A stretch of 64,000 nucleotides of DNA. It comes from Mobula hypostoma (lineage: Eukaryota). The notes beneath the pieces were generated by a model. It searched no databases, was not told where the DNA came from, and saw only the letters and a program-made list of their open reading frames with translations. The DNA is taken from positions 112,966,001-113,030,000 of the forward strand of contig NC_086108.1 of NCBI RefSeq assembly GCF_963921235.1. The letters run 5' to 3'. This document shows positions 25,457 to 37,269 of the stretch, piece by piece. Position 1 is the first letter of the stretch. The number at the start of each line of letters is the position of its first letter. A program made the position numbers and the translations under genes.

Positions 25457-26825
25457 GTGGGTAAATTGATGGAAAGTATTCTTAGTGATGGTATATATAA
25501 TTATCTGGATAGACAGGGTCTGATTAGGAACAGTCAACATGGATTTGTGCGTGGAAGGTCATGTTTCACAAACATTATTGAATTTTTTGATGAGGTTACT
25601 AGGAAAGTTAACGAGGGTAAAGCGGTGGATGTTGTCTATATGGACTTCAGTAAGGCCTTTGACAAGGTTCCACATGGAAAGTTAGTCAGGAAGGTTCAAT
25701 TGTTAGGCATTAATATCGAAGTAGTAAAATGGATTCAGCAGTGGCTGGATGGGAGACACCAGAGAGTAGTGGTGGATAACTGTGTGTCAGATTGGAGGAC
25801 GGTGTGTAGCAGTGTGCCTCAGGGATCTGTACTGGGTCCAATGTTGTTTGTCATATATATTAATGATCTGGATGATGGGGTGGTAAATTGGATTAGTAAG
25901 TATGCAGATGATACTAAGATAGGTGGAGTTGTGGATAATGAAGTAGGTTTTCAAAGCTTGCAGAGAGATTTAGGCCAGTTAGAAGAGTGGGCTGAAAGAT
26001 GGCAGATGGAGTTTAATGCTGATAAATGTGAAGTGCTACATATTGGTAGGACTAATCAAAATAGGACATACATGGTAAATGGTAGGGCATTGAAGAATGC
26101 AGTAGAACAGAGTGATCTAGGAATAATGGTGCATAGTTCCCTGAAGGTGGAATCTCATGTGGATAGGGTGGTGAAGAAAGCTTTTGGTATGCTGGCCTTT
26201 ATAAATCAGAGCATTGAGTATAGGAGTTGGGATGTAATGTTGAAATTGTACAAAGCATTGGTGAGGCCAAATTTGGAGTATTGTGTACAGTTCTGGTCAC
26301 CGAATTATAGGAAAGATGTCAATAAAATTGGGAGAGTACAGAGGAGATTTACTAAATGTTGCCTAGGTTTCATCTCCTAAGTTACAGAGAAAGGTTGAAC
26401 AAGTTAGGTCTTTATTCTTTGGAACGTAGAAGGTTGAGGGAGGGACTTGATAGAGGTATTTAAAATTATGAGGGGGATAGATAGAGTTGATGTGGATCGG
26501 CTTTTGTCATTGAGAGTGGGGGAGATTCAAACAAGAGGATATGAGTTGAGAGTTAAAGGGCAAAAGTTTAGGGGTAACATGAGGGGGAACTTCTTTACTC
26601 AGAGAGTGTTAGCTGTGTGGAACGAGCTTCCAGCAGAAGTGGTTGATGCAGGTTCGATATTGTCATTTAAAGTTAAATTGGATAGCTATATGGACAGGAA
26701 AGGAATGGAGGGTTATGGGCTGAGTGCAGGTCGGTGGGACTAGATGAGAGTAAGAGTTCGGCACGGACTAGAAGGGCCGAGATGGCCTGTTTCCGTGCTG
26801 TAATTGTTATATGGTTATATGGTTA
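25457..26825 (+). mobile_element. CR1 LINE, 5'-truncated, relatively young
   Basis: 307-aa RT ORF (QHGF, DFSKAFD, YADD), frameshift near 26355, (GTTATATG)n tail. Confidence 0.92.
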
Positions 26826-28362
26826 TAGATTGTATGGACAGCCAGAGACTTCTTCCCAGGTCAGAAACGGCTAACAAAAGGGACAAAATTTTAAGGCGAT
26901 TGGAAGAAAGTTTAAGAGGGGATGTCAGAAGTAAGTTTTTTTTTACACAGAGAGAGAGGCGAGTGAGTGGAGTACCCTGTCGAGGTGGTGGTAGGGGGAG
27001 ATTTATTAGGAGCATTTAAGAAACTTTTAGATAGACACATGGATGATAGAAAAAGTGAGGACTATGTAGGAGGGAAGGGTTAGATTGATCTCAGAGAAGG
27101 TTAAAAGTTTGGCACAACTTTATGGGAAAAAGGGCCTGTATTGCGCTGTCTAGAGATCAGGATCAGTTGTGACCTCAGGAACTATTGGCATGAAGCTTGC
27201 ACGTTCACTCTGAGACAGGGACAAAGGGCCTGTACTGTGCTGTAATGTTCTATGTCAGTGGTAATGATTTGGGAGTGGTGGTCCAATCCCACACCTTCAC
27301 CCTGTGCTCCAGGTTCTCAGTCTGAAGCCGGCAGGTTTCATCTGAAAGGCATTGCACTCCAGCTCTCTAGGCATCAACTGTACACAGAGGTTTTCCAGGG
27401 CTTACAGCCCTCTTTTCTGTGATACACAGGGTGGAGGGAGGGAAGATGATGCAGAAGTCCTTTGTCTGTACTATCAGCTACTTGCCAGGGCCACACTTGG
27501 AGACCACAGGGCACCTGTATGGCCTCTGTCCCTCACCTCTAACCCTGCACAGAAGAAACAGTTGTCTAAGTATCTTGAGAACTCATATTCCATCCAGAAA
27601 AGAGGCAAACACCATCATCAAGGCAAGCACTTCATGGGAAGGGAGGAGGAAATGTGGGAGACCAAATACTAACTGATGTCATACCACAGAGGCAGAAATG
27701 AGAATCCTGAAGCTCACCTGGGCAAAGTAGGGAAGAGGGTGAAAGACAGACAGTGATGGGGGACCTTCATTGCTCTTTGCTACTCGAAATGGCAGCAGCG
27801 TAATGGGCAGTAAGTAATTAAGACATATTTCATCTCAGTAACTTCCAACCTGATGGCAAGAACATTGATCTTGCTAACCTCTGGTAATTTTCTCCCCTCC
27901 TCATTCCCTCTTCGTTAATTCCTCACTCTGTCCTCTTACCTCTTCTCTTCATCTGCCATCACCTCCCCCTGGTGTCCCTCCTCCTTCCCTTTCTTTCATG
28001 GTCCACTCTCCTCTCCTATCGATTCAGTTTTCTTCAGCCCTTTGCCTTATCACCTCCCAGCTTCTTACTCCATACCCCATCCCTTCACTTATCACCTTCT
28101 AGCTTGTCTTCCTTCTTTTTCTGTCTTCTTCACCCTTCCTTTCCAATTCAGATAAAGGGTATCAGTCCAAATCATCAACTGTTTATTCCCCACAGAGATG
28201 CTGTCTGACCTACTGAGTTTTGCGTGTGTTATTCTGAATGCCCCTCCCTTTGGTGAATATCAGTCACATGAGAGGACTTTGTGTGCAGTGGTGTATTGAC
28301 CAGAGCTGTAATGATCAGCAGAAGTGATGAGGGATTAAATGATGATGATAAAATCAACGTAC

Positions 28363-28416
28363 CTTTGGGCCAATGAAACCTGGGAAACCTCTCAAACCTT
28401 GGTCGCCAATATCACC
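28363..28416 (-). CDS. Collagen exon, 54 nt: GDIGDQGLRGFPGFIGPK
   Basis: Gly-X-Y x6; acceptor ...ctgtttcag, donor gtacgt. Confidence 0.93.
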
Positions 28417-28874
28417 CTGAAACAGCAGATGTAGACTTCAATACTGAGCAAGTTACCATCTTCAAGATTCAAGTTTATTTATCACATCTATATCAAAATA
28501 TACAGGGAACATGCTCTCTTCTCACTGCTGCCATTAGGAAGGAGGTACAGGAGCCCTAGGTCCCACACCACTAGTTTCAGGAACTGTAATCACACCTCAA
28601 CCACCAGGCTCTTGGATCAGAGGGGATAACGTCATTCAGCTGAACACTGAACTAATTCCATCGTTTATGGACTCACTTTCAAGGACTCTACAACATGCTC
28701 ACAGTATTATTTATTTGCTCAGTTATTTTTTGTTATTATTATTATTATATTTTGTTTGTATTTCCACAGTTTGTCTTCTTATGCACACTGGTTGTCTGTC
28801 TGTCTTTGACTCAATGCTATATTTACATGTTAATTGTGGTACTTTGAGAAAAAAGATTAGTCAACGCTTTCAAT

Positions 28875-30450
28875 ATGATGTTAGCATTCATTTCAAGATG
28901 ACAAAAATATGAAAGCAAGGATGTAATGTTGAGACTTTATAAGGCACTGGTGAGGCCTCGCTTGGAGTATTGTGAGCAGCTTTAGTCTCCTTATCTTAGA
29001 AAGGATGTGCTGACACAGGAGAGGGTTCAAAGGAGGTTCAAGAAAATGATTCCAGGATTGAATGGCTTGTCATAAGAACAGTATTTGATGGCTCTGGGCC
29101 TGTACTCACTGGAATTCAGAAGAATGAGGGATGACCTCATTAAAAACTATCAAATGGTGAAAGGCCTCAACAGAGTGGATATGGAGAGGATGTTTCCTAT
29201 GGTGGGAGAATTTAACACCCCAGAGGACACAGCTTCAGAATACAGACATGTCCATTTAGAACAGACATTAGGAAGAATTTCTTCAGCCAGAGAATGGAGA
29301 ATCTGTGGAATTTGTTGTTACAGGTGACTTTGGAGGCCAAGGCCAAGTCATTGCATATATTTAACATAGAACATAGAATAGTACAGCACAGTACAGGCCC
29401 TTCAGCCCACAATGTTGTGCTGACCCTTAACCCTGCCTCCCATATAACCCCCCCACCTTAAATTCCTCCATATAGCTGTCTAGTAGTCTCTTAAACTTCA
29501 CTGGTGTATCTGCCTCCACCGCTGACTCAGGCAGTGCATTCCACGCACCAACCACTCTCTGAGTAAAAAAAACCTTCTTCTAATATCCCCCTTGAACTTC
29601 CCACCCCTTACCTTAAAGCCATGTCCTCTTGTATTGAGCAGTGGTGCCCTGGGGAAGAGGCGCTGGCTATCCACTCTATCTATTCCTCTTATTATCTTGT
29701 ACACCTCTATCATATCTCCTCTCATCCTCCTTCTCTCCAAAAAGTAAAGCCCTAGCTCCCTTAATCTCTGATCATAATGCATACTCTCTAAACCAGGCAG
29801 CATCCTGGTAAATCTCCTCTGTACCCTTTCCAATGCTTCCACATCCTTCCTATAGTGAGGCGACCAGAACTGGACACAGCACTCCAAGTGTGGCCTAACC
29901 AGAGTTTTATAGAGCTGCATCATTACATCGCGACTCTTAAACTCTATCCCTCGACTAATGAAAGCTAACACCCCATAAGCTTTCTTCACTACCCTGTCTA
30001 CCTGTGAGGCAACTTTCAGGGATCTGTGGACATGTGCCCCCAGATCCCTCTGCTCTTCCACACTACCAAGTATCCTGCCATTTACTTTGTACTCTGCCTT
30101 GGGGTTTGTCCTTCCAAAGTGTACCACCTCACACTTCTCTGGGTTGAACGCCATCTGCCACTTCTCAGCCCACTTCTGCATCCTATCAATGTCTCTCTGC
30201 AACCTTCGACAATCCTCTACACTATCTACAACACCACCAACCTTTGTGTCGTCTGCAAACATACCAACCCACCCTTCTACCCCCATTAAGGCAGATGCCG
30301 ATAGATTCTTAACTGGACAGGAGGTGAAAGGATACGGGGAGAAGGCAGGAGATTGGGACTGAGAGCGAAAATGGATCAGCCATGATGAAATGGCAGAGCA
30401 AGACTCGATGGGCCAAATGGTCTAATTCTGCTGCTACATCTTACATTCGT
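28875..30450 (+). mobile_element. Old CR1 3' fragment, interrupted by a younger CR1
   Basis: CR1 ORF2 C-terminal remnants on both sides of 29365-30285. Confidence 0.75.
29365..30285 (-). mobile_element. Young CR1 LINE, 5'-truncated
   Basis: 262-aa ORF (FADDTK..CVQFWSPHY); CATAGAA tail. Confidence 0.9.
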
Positions 30451-31356
30451 ATGTTATTTTTCACTGATTCTATAAGAAAATGAATCTCACAGTAGTATTT
30501 GGTGACAAAAATGTATTTTATTAATAAATTTACCTTGAACTTCAGTACCCCTCTACGATCGGACTGAAGGCAGAGGAGCCTCAGAACCTACACCACCAGG
30601 TTCAGGAGCAGTTAATACCCCTACCATTAGGGTCTTGAACAGCATGGATGACACCACTCACCTCAGCTCTGAAGTCATTCCACAATCTATGGACTCACCT
30701 TCAACTCTGCAACCCACGTTCTCAATATTATTTATTTATTTATTTTTGAGGCTTTTTTTTTAATCTGCACAGTTTGTCTTCTTTTAAACATTGGTTCTTT
30801 GTCTGTCTTTGTTTGTACCTATTGTATTTCTTTGTGCTACTGTGAAATCCCACGAGAAAATTAACCTCAGAGTAGTATCTGGTGACAGATACATACTATG
30901 ATCATGAATTGACATTGAAATTCAAATTTTGTAATGTGTCGCTTGTGTTAACAACCAACTTGCCCAAGAGTGTGCTGGGGACAGCCTTCGGCCCATCAAG
31001 TACATAACAACAATCAACCACCTATTGACACCAATCTAACACCGATCCCTTTCCATTCCCTCCCCCATTCCCATCAACTTCCCCCAGATTCCACCCCTCA
31101 CCCTCACACTGGGGATAATTTACAGCGGTCAATTAACCCACTGACCCACCGACCCACACGTCTTTCAGACGTAGGAGGGAACTGGAGCGCCTGGGCAGAA
31201 ATCTGTATGGTCAGTGGTAGCATGTGCTCATTAAGGGAATTGACAAAGTTCAAAGTAAATCTATTATCAAAGTATACATATGTCACCTTAGACACCTTAC
31301 ATAACCTGCTATTCATTTTCATGTGGGTGTACTCAGCAAGTCTATAGAATAGTAAT

Positions 31357-32863
31357 TGTAAGGGGTTTCTTCTTTTATGTTACTGCTAAGGCTAATAAAA
31401 ATGGCTTCTTTGTTATGTTAGAATAAAATAGCTTCTTTGTCATGTTAACTGCTGAGAAAGTGCTTCTCTATAGCAGCTTATTTGGGTTATAATTACTGAT
31501 AGAGAGAATTGTATTCATTTGCTAACCAATTGGGATAGATGTTATTCTTTCTTGTGTGTCTGTAAGCTATTGTTTTCGCGGGCTTTGGGGCAGAAGGCGT
31601 GATGGGGACAGAGAGAGGAGACGCGATGCTGTAAACTGGGCGATGGAACGGACTTCGACCGGCAGTCCGAGGCCCAGGGTCTTCGGTGAGGAGAGGAGAC
31701 GAGGACAGACTCATGTGGAGCGTCTGGGCGACCACTGTGGTTGGTCCCAGGCGGCGGGTCGAGGTGGTCGGAGGGGATCGAATGGTGGAAATAAGACTCT
31801 GTTAATTGCGCTCCAAGGGTTGTGCACAAAGTGGTTGAACTCTGATAAGTTTGGTGCCTTTTACTTTCCTTTTATATTTTATCTCTATTAATTACATAGT
31901 TCCAGTAAGATCTATAAAGTGTAATCACTTAATCGCATATGGTGTATTGTCTGTTATTTGGCGGGGTGGGATACATCACACAGCACCTACACAAACTTGA
32001 TTACCCAGTTTGGTGGGGCAGAAGGCTGCTCCCCCTAGACAAAAGCGAGCTGAGTGAGCCTGAGGCTTACCAGGGGGCTACATTGTGGGGACTTGTCTGG
32101 GGTATGGATTTTTGGTAGGAAGCTGTGTTATTGTCCTCTTTAAATTACGTATGCTGCGGGGACAAAAAGCTGGTGTGCCTCTGTGGGATTGCTGGTTGTT
32201 ACTACATGCATGTTGGGTGGGTGGGGTGGCTGTTGGTACCCCGGAGGTCTTTGTTCGAGTTCAGACTAGTGCTGACGAGCTGGTGGTGGGACTGCCAGTG
32301 TCTATTGGCACCCCAGGTGAGGTGGCACCATGGGCTGTCCATATTGTTAGGAGAGAGAGGAAAGAGTGGTCTGATTCGAAGGTAGTGTCTGCGAATAAAT
32401 GTTCCAGCTATGGCAGGCTCCGCTGGTTTTTGGGATATTGTCCACCCCTAAAGGGGCGGAGGCGTATGAGACGTGGGCGGAGCGGATTCTCAGTTGTTAG
32501 ATGAGTGGCAGTGCTCAGTTGTGGGAGAGCAACAGGGATTGGTTGAAAGTTTGAGTAGGCGGGCTGGTGATGGTGTTAGAACTATTAGGGTTATTTACCC
32601 CGTAGTGACAGCTGCCAGCTATCTGAAAGCGGGGTAAAATGCGTTTCGTTCGACTGGAAGTAAAATGCAGTGCCAGGGGATCATTTAAGGGGATCAGCCT
32701 CTCCCCTCAGTTGTTCAGCTGATCAGAGAGGTGTTGGGAAACATAGTGGAGGCCCAGTGGGGGAACGGCTTGGGTTCTCTGGGGGAGCACTTTCCCAGCA
32801 ATGTACCAAGGAACTCCCGAAAGGAAAAGACCCTATTCCTGAAGTCTTAGAGGGACCACGCCC
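31357..32863 (+). mobile_element. Truncated Gypsy LTR retrotransposon: 5' LTR (31357-32082), PBS, decayed gag
   Basis: TGTA...TACA LTR followed by TGGGGACTTGTCTGGGGT (14/18 match to tRNA-Pro PBS TGGGGGCTCGTCCGGGAT); gag-like remnant VQTSAD..IGTPGEVAPWAVH..YGRLRWF. No 3' LTR seen. Confidence 0.75.
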
Positions 32864-34379
32864 TCGGGACAATGAGCGTGAGGACTGGGGTGAGTGTGGG
32901 AACGGGACGGTGAGGGTGAGGACTGGGGTGAGTGTGTGGGAATGGGACGGTGAGGGTGAGGACTGGGGTGAGTGTGGGGAAAGGGACAGTGAGGGTGAGG
33001 ACTGGGGTGAGTGTGGGGAACGGGACAGTGAGGGTGAGGACTGGGGTGAGTGTGGGAACGGGATGGTGAGGGTGAGGACTGGGGTGAGTGTGGGAACGGG
33101 ACGGTGAGGGTGAGGACTGGGGTGAGTGTGGGAACGGGACGGTGAGGGTGAGGACTGGGGTGAGTGTGGGAACGGGACGGTGAGGGTGAGGACTGGGAAC
33201 GGGACGGTGAGGCTGAGGACTGGGGTGAGTGTGGGAACAGGACGGTGCGGGTGGGGACTTGGGTGAGTGTGGGAACGGGACGGTGAGGGTGAGGACTGGG
33301 GTGAGTGTGGGAACGGGACGGTGAGGGTGAGGACTGGGGTGAGTGTGGGAACGGGACGGTGAGGGTGAGGACTGGGGTGAGTGTGGGAACGGGACGGTGA
33401 GGGACAGGACTGGGGTGAGTATGGGAACGGGGCGGTGAGGGTGAGGAGTGGGGTGAGTGTGTGGGAACGGGACGCTGAGGGTGAGGACTGGGGTGAGTAT
33501 GTGGGAACGGGACAGTGAGGGTGAGGACTGGGGTGAGTGTGGGAACGGGACGGTGAGGGTGAGGACTGGGGTGAGTGTGGGAACGGGACGGTGAGGCTGA
33601 GGACTGGGGTGAGTGTGGGAACAGGACGGTGCGGGTGGGGACTTGGGTGAGTGTGGGAACGGGAAAGTGAGGGTGAGGACTGGGGTGAGTGTGGGAACGG
33701 GACAGTGAGGGTGAGGACTGGGGTGAGTGTGGGTACGGGACGGTGAGGGACAGGACTGGGGTGAGTGTGGGAACGGGACGGTGAGGGTGAGGACTGGGGT
33801 GAGTGTGGGAACGGGACGGTGAGGGTGAGGACTGGAGTGAGTGTGGGAATGGGACGGTGAGGGTGAGGACTGGGGTGAGTGTGGGAACGGGACGGTGAAG
33901 GTGAGGACTGGAGTGAGTGTGGGAACGGGACGGTGAGGGTGAGGACTGGGGTGAGTGTGGGAACGGGACGGTGAGGGTGAGGACTGGGGTGAGTGTGGGA
34001 ACGGGACGGTGAGGGTGAGGACTGGAGTGAGTGTGGGAATGGGACGGTGAGGGTGAGGACTGGGGTGAGTGTGGGAACGGGACGGTGAGGGACAGGACTG
34101 GGGTGAGTGTGGGAACGGGACGGTGAGGGTGAGGACTGGGGTGAGTGTGGGAACGGGACGGTGAGGGTGAGGACTGGGGTGAGTGTGGGAACGGGACGGT
34201 GAGGGTGAGGACTGGGGTGAGTGTGGGAACGGGACGGTGAGGGTGAGGACTGGGGTGAGTGTGGGAACGGGACGGTGAGGGTGAGGACTGGGGTGAGTGT
34301 GGGAACGGGACGGTGAGGGTGAGGACTGGGGTGAGTGTGGGAACGGGACGGTGAGGGTAAGGACTGGGGTGAGTGTGGG
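32864..34379. repeat. 38-bp G-rich minisatellite, about 40 copies
   Basis: Unit GGGAACGGGACGGTGAGGGTGAGGACTGGGGTGAGTGT, highly homogeneous. Confidence 0.97.
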
Positions 34380-35097
34380 GTTTTGTCTGTGCAACCCCCT
34401 GCCCATCTTCCGGTGCTGCATTCCTTCAGGGTGTCCTCAGACGGAGAGCACGCCGTCATTATGGGTTCAGTTGGGGTTTTCGGGAACGGTGCCCTTCCAG
34501 TCCTCACTGGGAATGCATTGCATTATAGATAGTTATAACTGTATTTTAACTTGAATTCAGTAACTGAAGTTGTAAACTTAGTCAGCTCCACCCTGGATAT
34601 TTGCCTCAGACGTATCCAGGACATCTTCAAGGAACGGTGACCAAAAAGGCACTGTTCGTTCTGTCTTTAAGCATTCCCATTCCCCAGGACATGCCCTCTT
34701 CTCCTTCCTGCCATCTGGGAGGAGGTACAGAAGCCTGAAGGCACACATGCAATAATTCAGGACCAGCTTTTTCCCCTCTTCCATCACATTTCTGAACAGA
34801 CATTGAACCCATGAACACTAGCTCACTACTTCTTTATTTCTAACGTTTGCACTACTTATATAACTTTAATATTTAATATATATTTACTGTCATTCACAGG
34901 TATTTTTCAATTATTACGTATTACATTGTACTGCTGCCACTATGTTAACAAATATCCCGACATACACCAGTGATATTAAACCTGATTCTCATTCTTTCTT
35001 GCAACCCTAACCTTTGTATGTCTTATATTTTAATAAAGTTTTGTATATTTGTTAGAGAAAGGGACAGTAGTGAGGGAGGTACTGTGGTAAAACATAC

Positions 35098-35208
35098 CTT
35101 CTGACCTTTAGCACCAGGCTTGCCCATGGATCCTTGGTCTCCCTGCACACCAGCTCGACCCCGCTGAGTATTTTGGAAACCTTGTTGTCCCGGCAAACCG
35201 GGCTCTCC
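35098..35208 (-). CDS. Collagen exon, 111 nt with helix interruption: GEPGLPGQQGFQ-NTQR-GRAGVQGDQGSMGKPGAKGQK
   Basis: 11 Gly-X-Y triplets plus 4 non-Gly residues; acceptor ...tcttttcag, donor gtatgt; visible within ORF 35023..35229. Confidence 0.93.
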
Positions 35209-35275
35209 CTGAAAAGATACGAAAGCCACTCTTTGGCATGGTTCAAAAAAATAGAGAAGCTTGAAGCATTGAGAA

Positions 35276-35735
35276 CTGTTCCAGTCTCCATATCACACTG
35301 GGAATACCGTGCACAGTTCCAGTCTCCATATCACACAGGGAACACCGTGCACAGTTCCAGTCTCCGTATCACACTGGGATCACTGTACACAGTTCCAGTC
35401 TCCATATCTCACAGGGAACACTGTGCACAGTTCCAGTCTCCATATCACACTGGGAACACCGTGCACAGTTCCAGTCTCCACATCACACTGGGAACACCAT
35501 GCACAGTTCCAGTCTCCATATCACACTGGGATCACCGTGCACAGTTTCAGTCTCCATATCGCACCAGGAACACAGTTCCAGTCTCCATATCACACTGGGA
35601 TCACTGTGCACAGTTCCAGTCTCCATATCACACTGGGAACACCGTGCACAGTTCCAGTCTCCATATCACACTGGGATCACTGTGCACAGTTCCAATCTCC
35701 ATATCACACCAGGAACACTGTGCACAGTTCCTGTC
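35276..35735. repeat. 38-bp minisatellite, about 12 copies
   Basis: Unit CACAGTTCCAGTCTCCATATCACACTGGGAACACCGTG. Confidence 0.95.
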
Positions 35736-36580
35736 TCCCTGTCTCTTGGAAGTGGTGTGTACAGTTTTCTAATGAAGGAGACACTGGTTCGTGCTGTATG
35801 CCAGTGAAAGCCAAGATGGATTGCACTTGTCTGTGCCTGTACAACTGTGAGATGAGGAACTGCTGTATTCTTGTTCTTGCAGAAACATGGCTCCAGGACA
35901 ATATCCATGCACCATTAATCTACATACATGACACTCAGTGATTCGGACTGGATTATTGTTACATTTTTTGTTACTATGTGTTTTCCTGCTGTCATAAATA
36001 TATGCGCTATATGCATCGTGTACTGTTTGTGAGTGCTGGTTTGCTTTGCATCTTGGTCCCAGAGAAATGCTGTTTCATTTGGCTGTTTTCCTGTTTGTGT
36101 TTGAATGATAATTAGACTTGAACTTGAACCTGTTCATCCTCTCTCCATAACTCAGTGTCTTAAGTCTCACACCATTTTTGTAAATCTCCTTTGCACTCTT
36201 TCCAGCTTAAAGACATTTTTCCTACAGGAGGGTGATCAAAGCTGAACACAATATTCCACTTGTGACCTCGCTAATGTCTTGTAGCATACCAACCGGACTG
36301 CTCTCCATACCCTGACTGATGAGGATCAGTGTGCCAAAAGCCTTCTTCACCATCCTGTCTACCTGTGACTCCGCTTCCAGCCAATGCTCTACAACGCTGC
36401 CCATTGCCTTGCCCTTCACAGTGAAAGTCTAGCATCTTTTTCCTTTCCAAAATGTAACACTTCACACTTGTCGAAATTGAACCCCGGTTGCATAACCAGA
36501 TGGTCTGCACTTGAAGAGCAGGGATTGCCTTACGCAGTAGGTCCCAGTACTATCACAGTAATGCAGTTAGGTTTAATTAC

Positions 36581-36688
36581 CTTAGGACCTCGTTGACCTC
36601 TGTCACCCACTGGGCCAGGTTCACCAGGGGCTCCTCGAGGTCCAGGTTTCCCAGCGACCCCGGTTAGCCCGACATCACCAAGGTCTCC
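36581..36688 (-). CDS. Collagen exon, 108 nt: GDLGDVGLTGVAGKPGPRGAPGEPGPVGDRGQRGPK
   Basis: Gly-X-Y x12; acceptor ...tttccacag, donor gtaatt. Confidence 0.95.
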
Positions 36689-37269
36689 CTGTGGAAATGA
36701 TATCAGTTCATGAAGAATGCAGTCACATTAGGACCCAAAAAACAGGTTTAACTGAACCAGGGTAAGGAACCGTATCGGTTATAATGTCCCGAGGCAGACC
36801 AGAACCCAAAACTGAAAATTTGAAATAAAAAGACAGTGCTGGACATGCATACTCAACAGGTCAGGCAGCATCTGTGGAGAAAGAAACAGTTAATGTTTCA
36901 GGTGCAGAAACATTCATCAGAACTTCACCATTGATTGCATGAAAAATAACTCCCCTTTAATGATCTTAAATTGATGATCTCTTGTTGTTAACAAGGTTGG
37001 ACAGTAGCGCAGTAGGGAGAGCCGCTATCTCATGACTCGAGAGAGCCAAACTCAGTGTGGAGAGTTTTCTCCCTGTGAGCACGTGAGTTTCCCTGGGTGC
37101 TCCAGTGCCCTCCCACATCCCACCATTTCCTGATCGGTCAGTGCATCAAAGAATATGGCGAGAAAGCAGGTGTAAGGGGTTGATTGCGATCCAGGAGCGG
37201 CCATAATGCAATGGTGGAGCAGACTCGATGGGCTGAAGGGCCTAATTCTGCTCCTTTGTCTTATGGTCT

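Noticed and set aside
32723..34507. 594-aa and 524-aa Pro/His/Ser-rich ORFs
   Set aside because: Stop-free frames of a 38-bp minisatellite cycling through three frames.
35418..35725. CACTGTG/CACAGTG heptamers resembling V(D)J signals (also 62770-62870)
   Set aside because: Part of minisatellite units; no nonamer at 12/23 spacing and no V/J segments.
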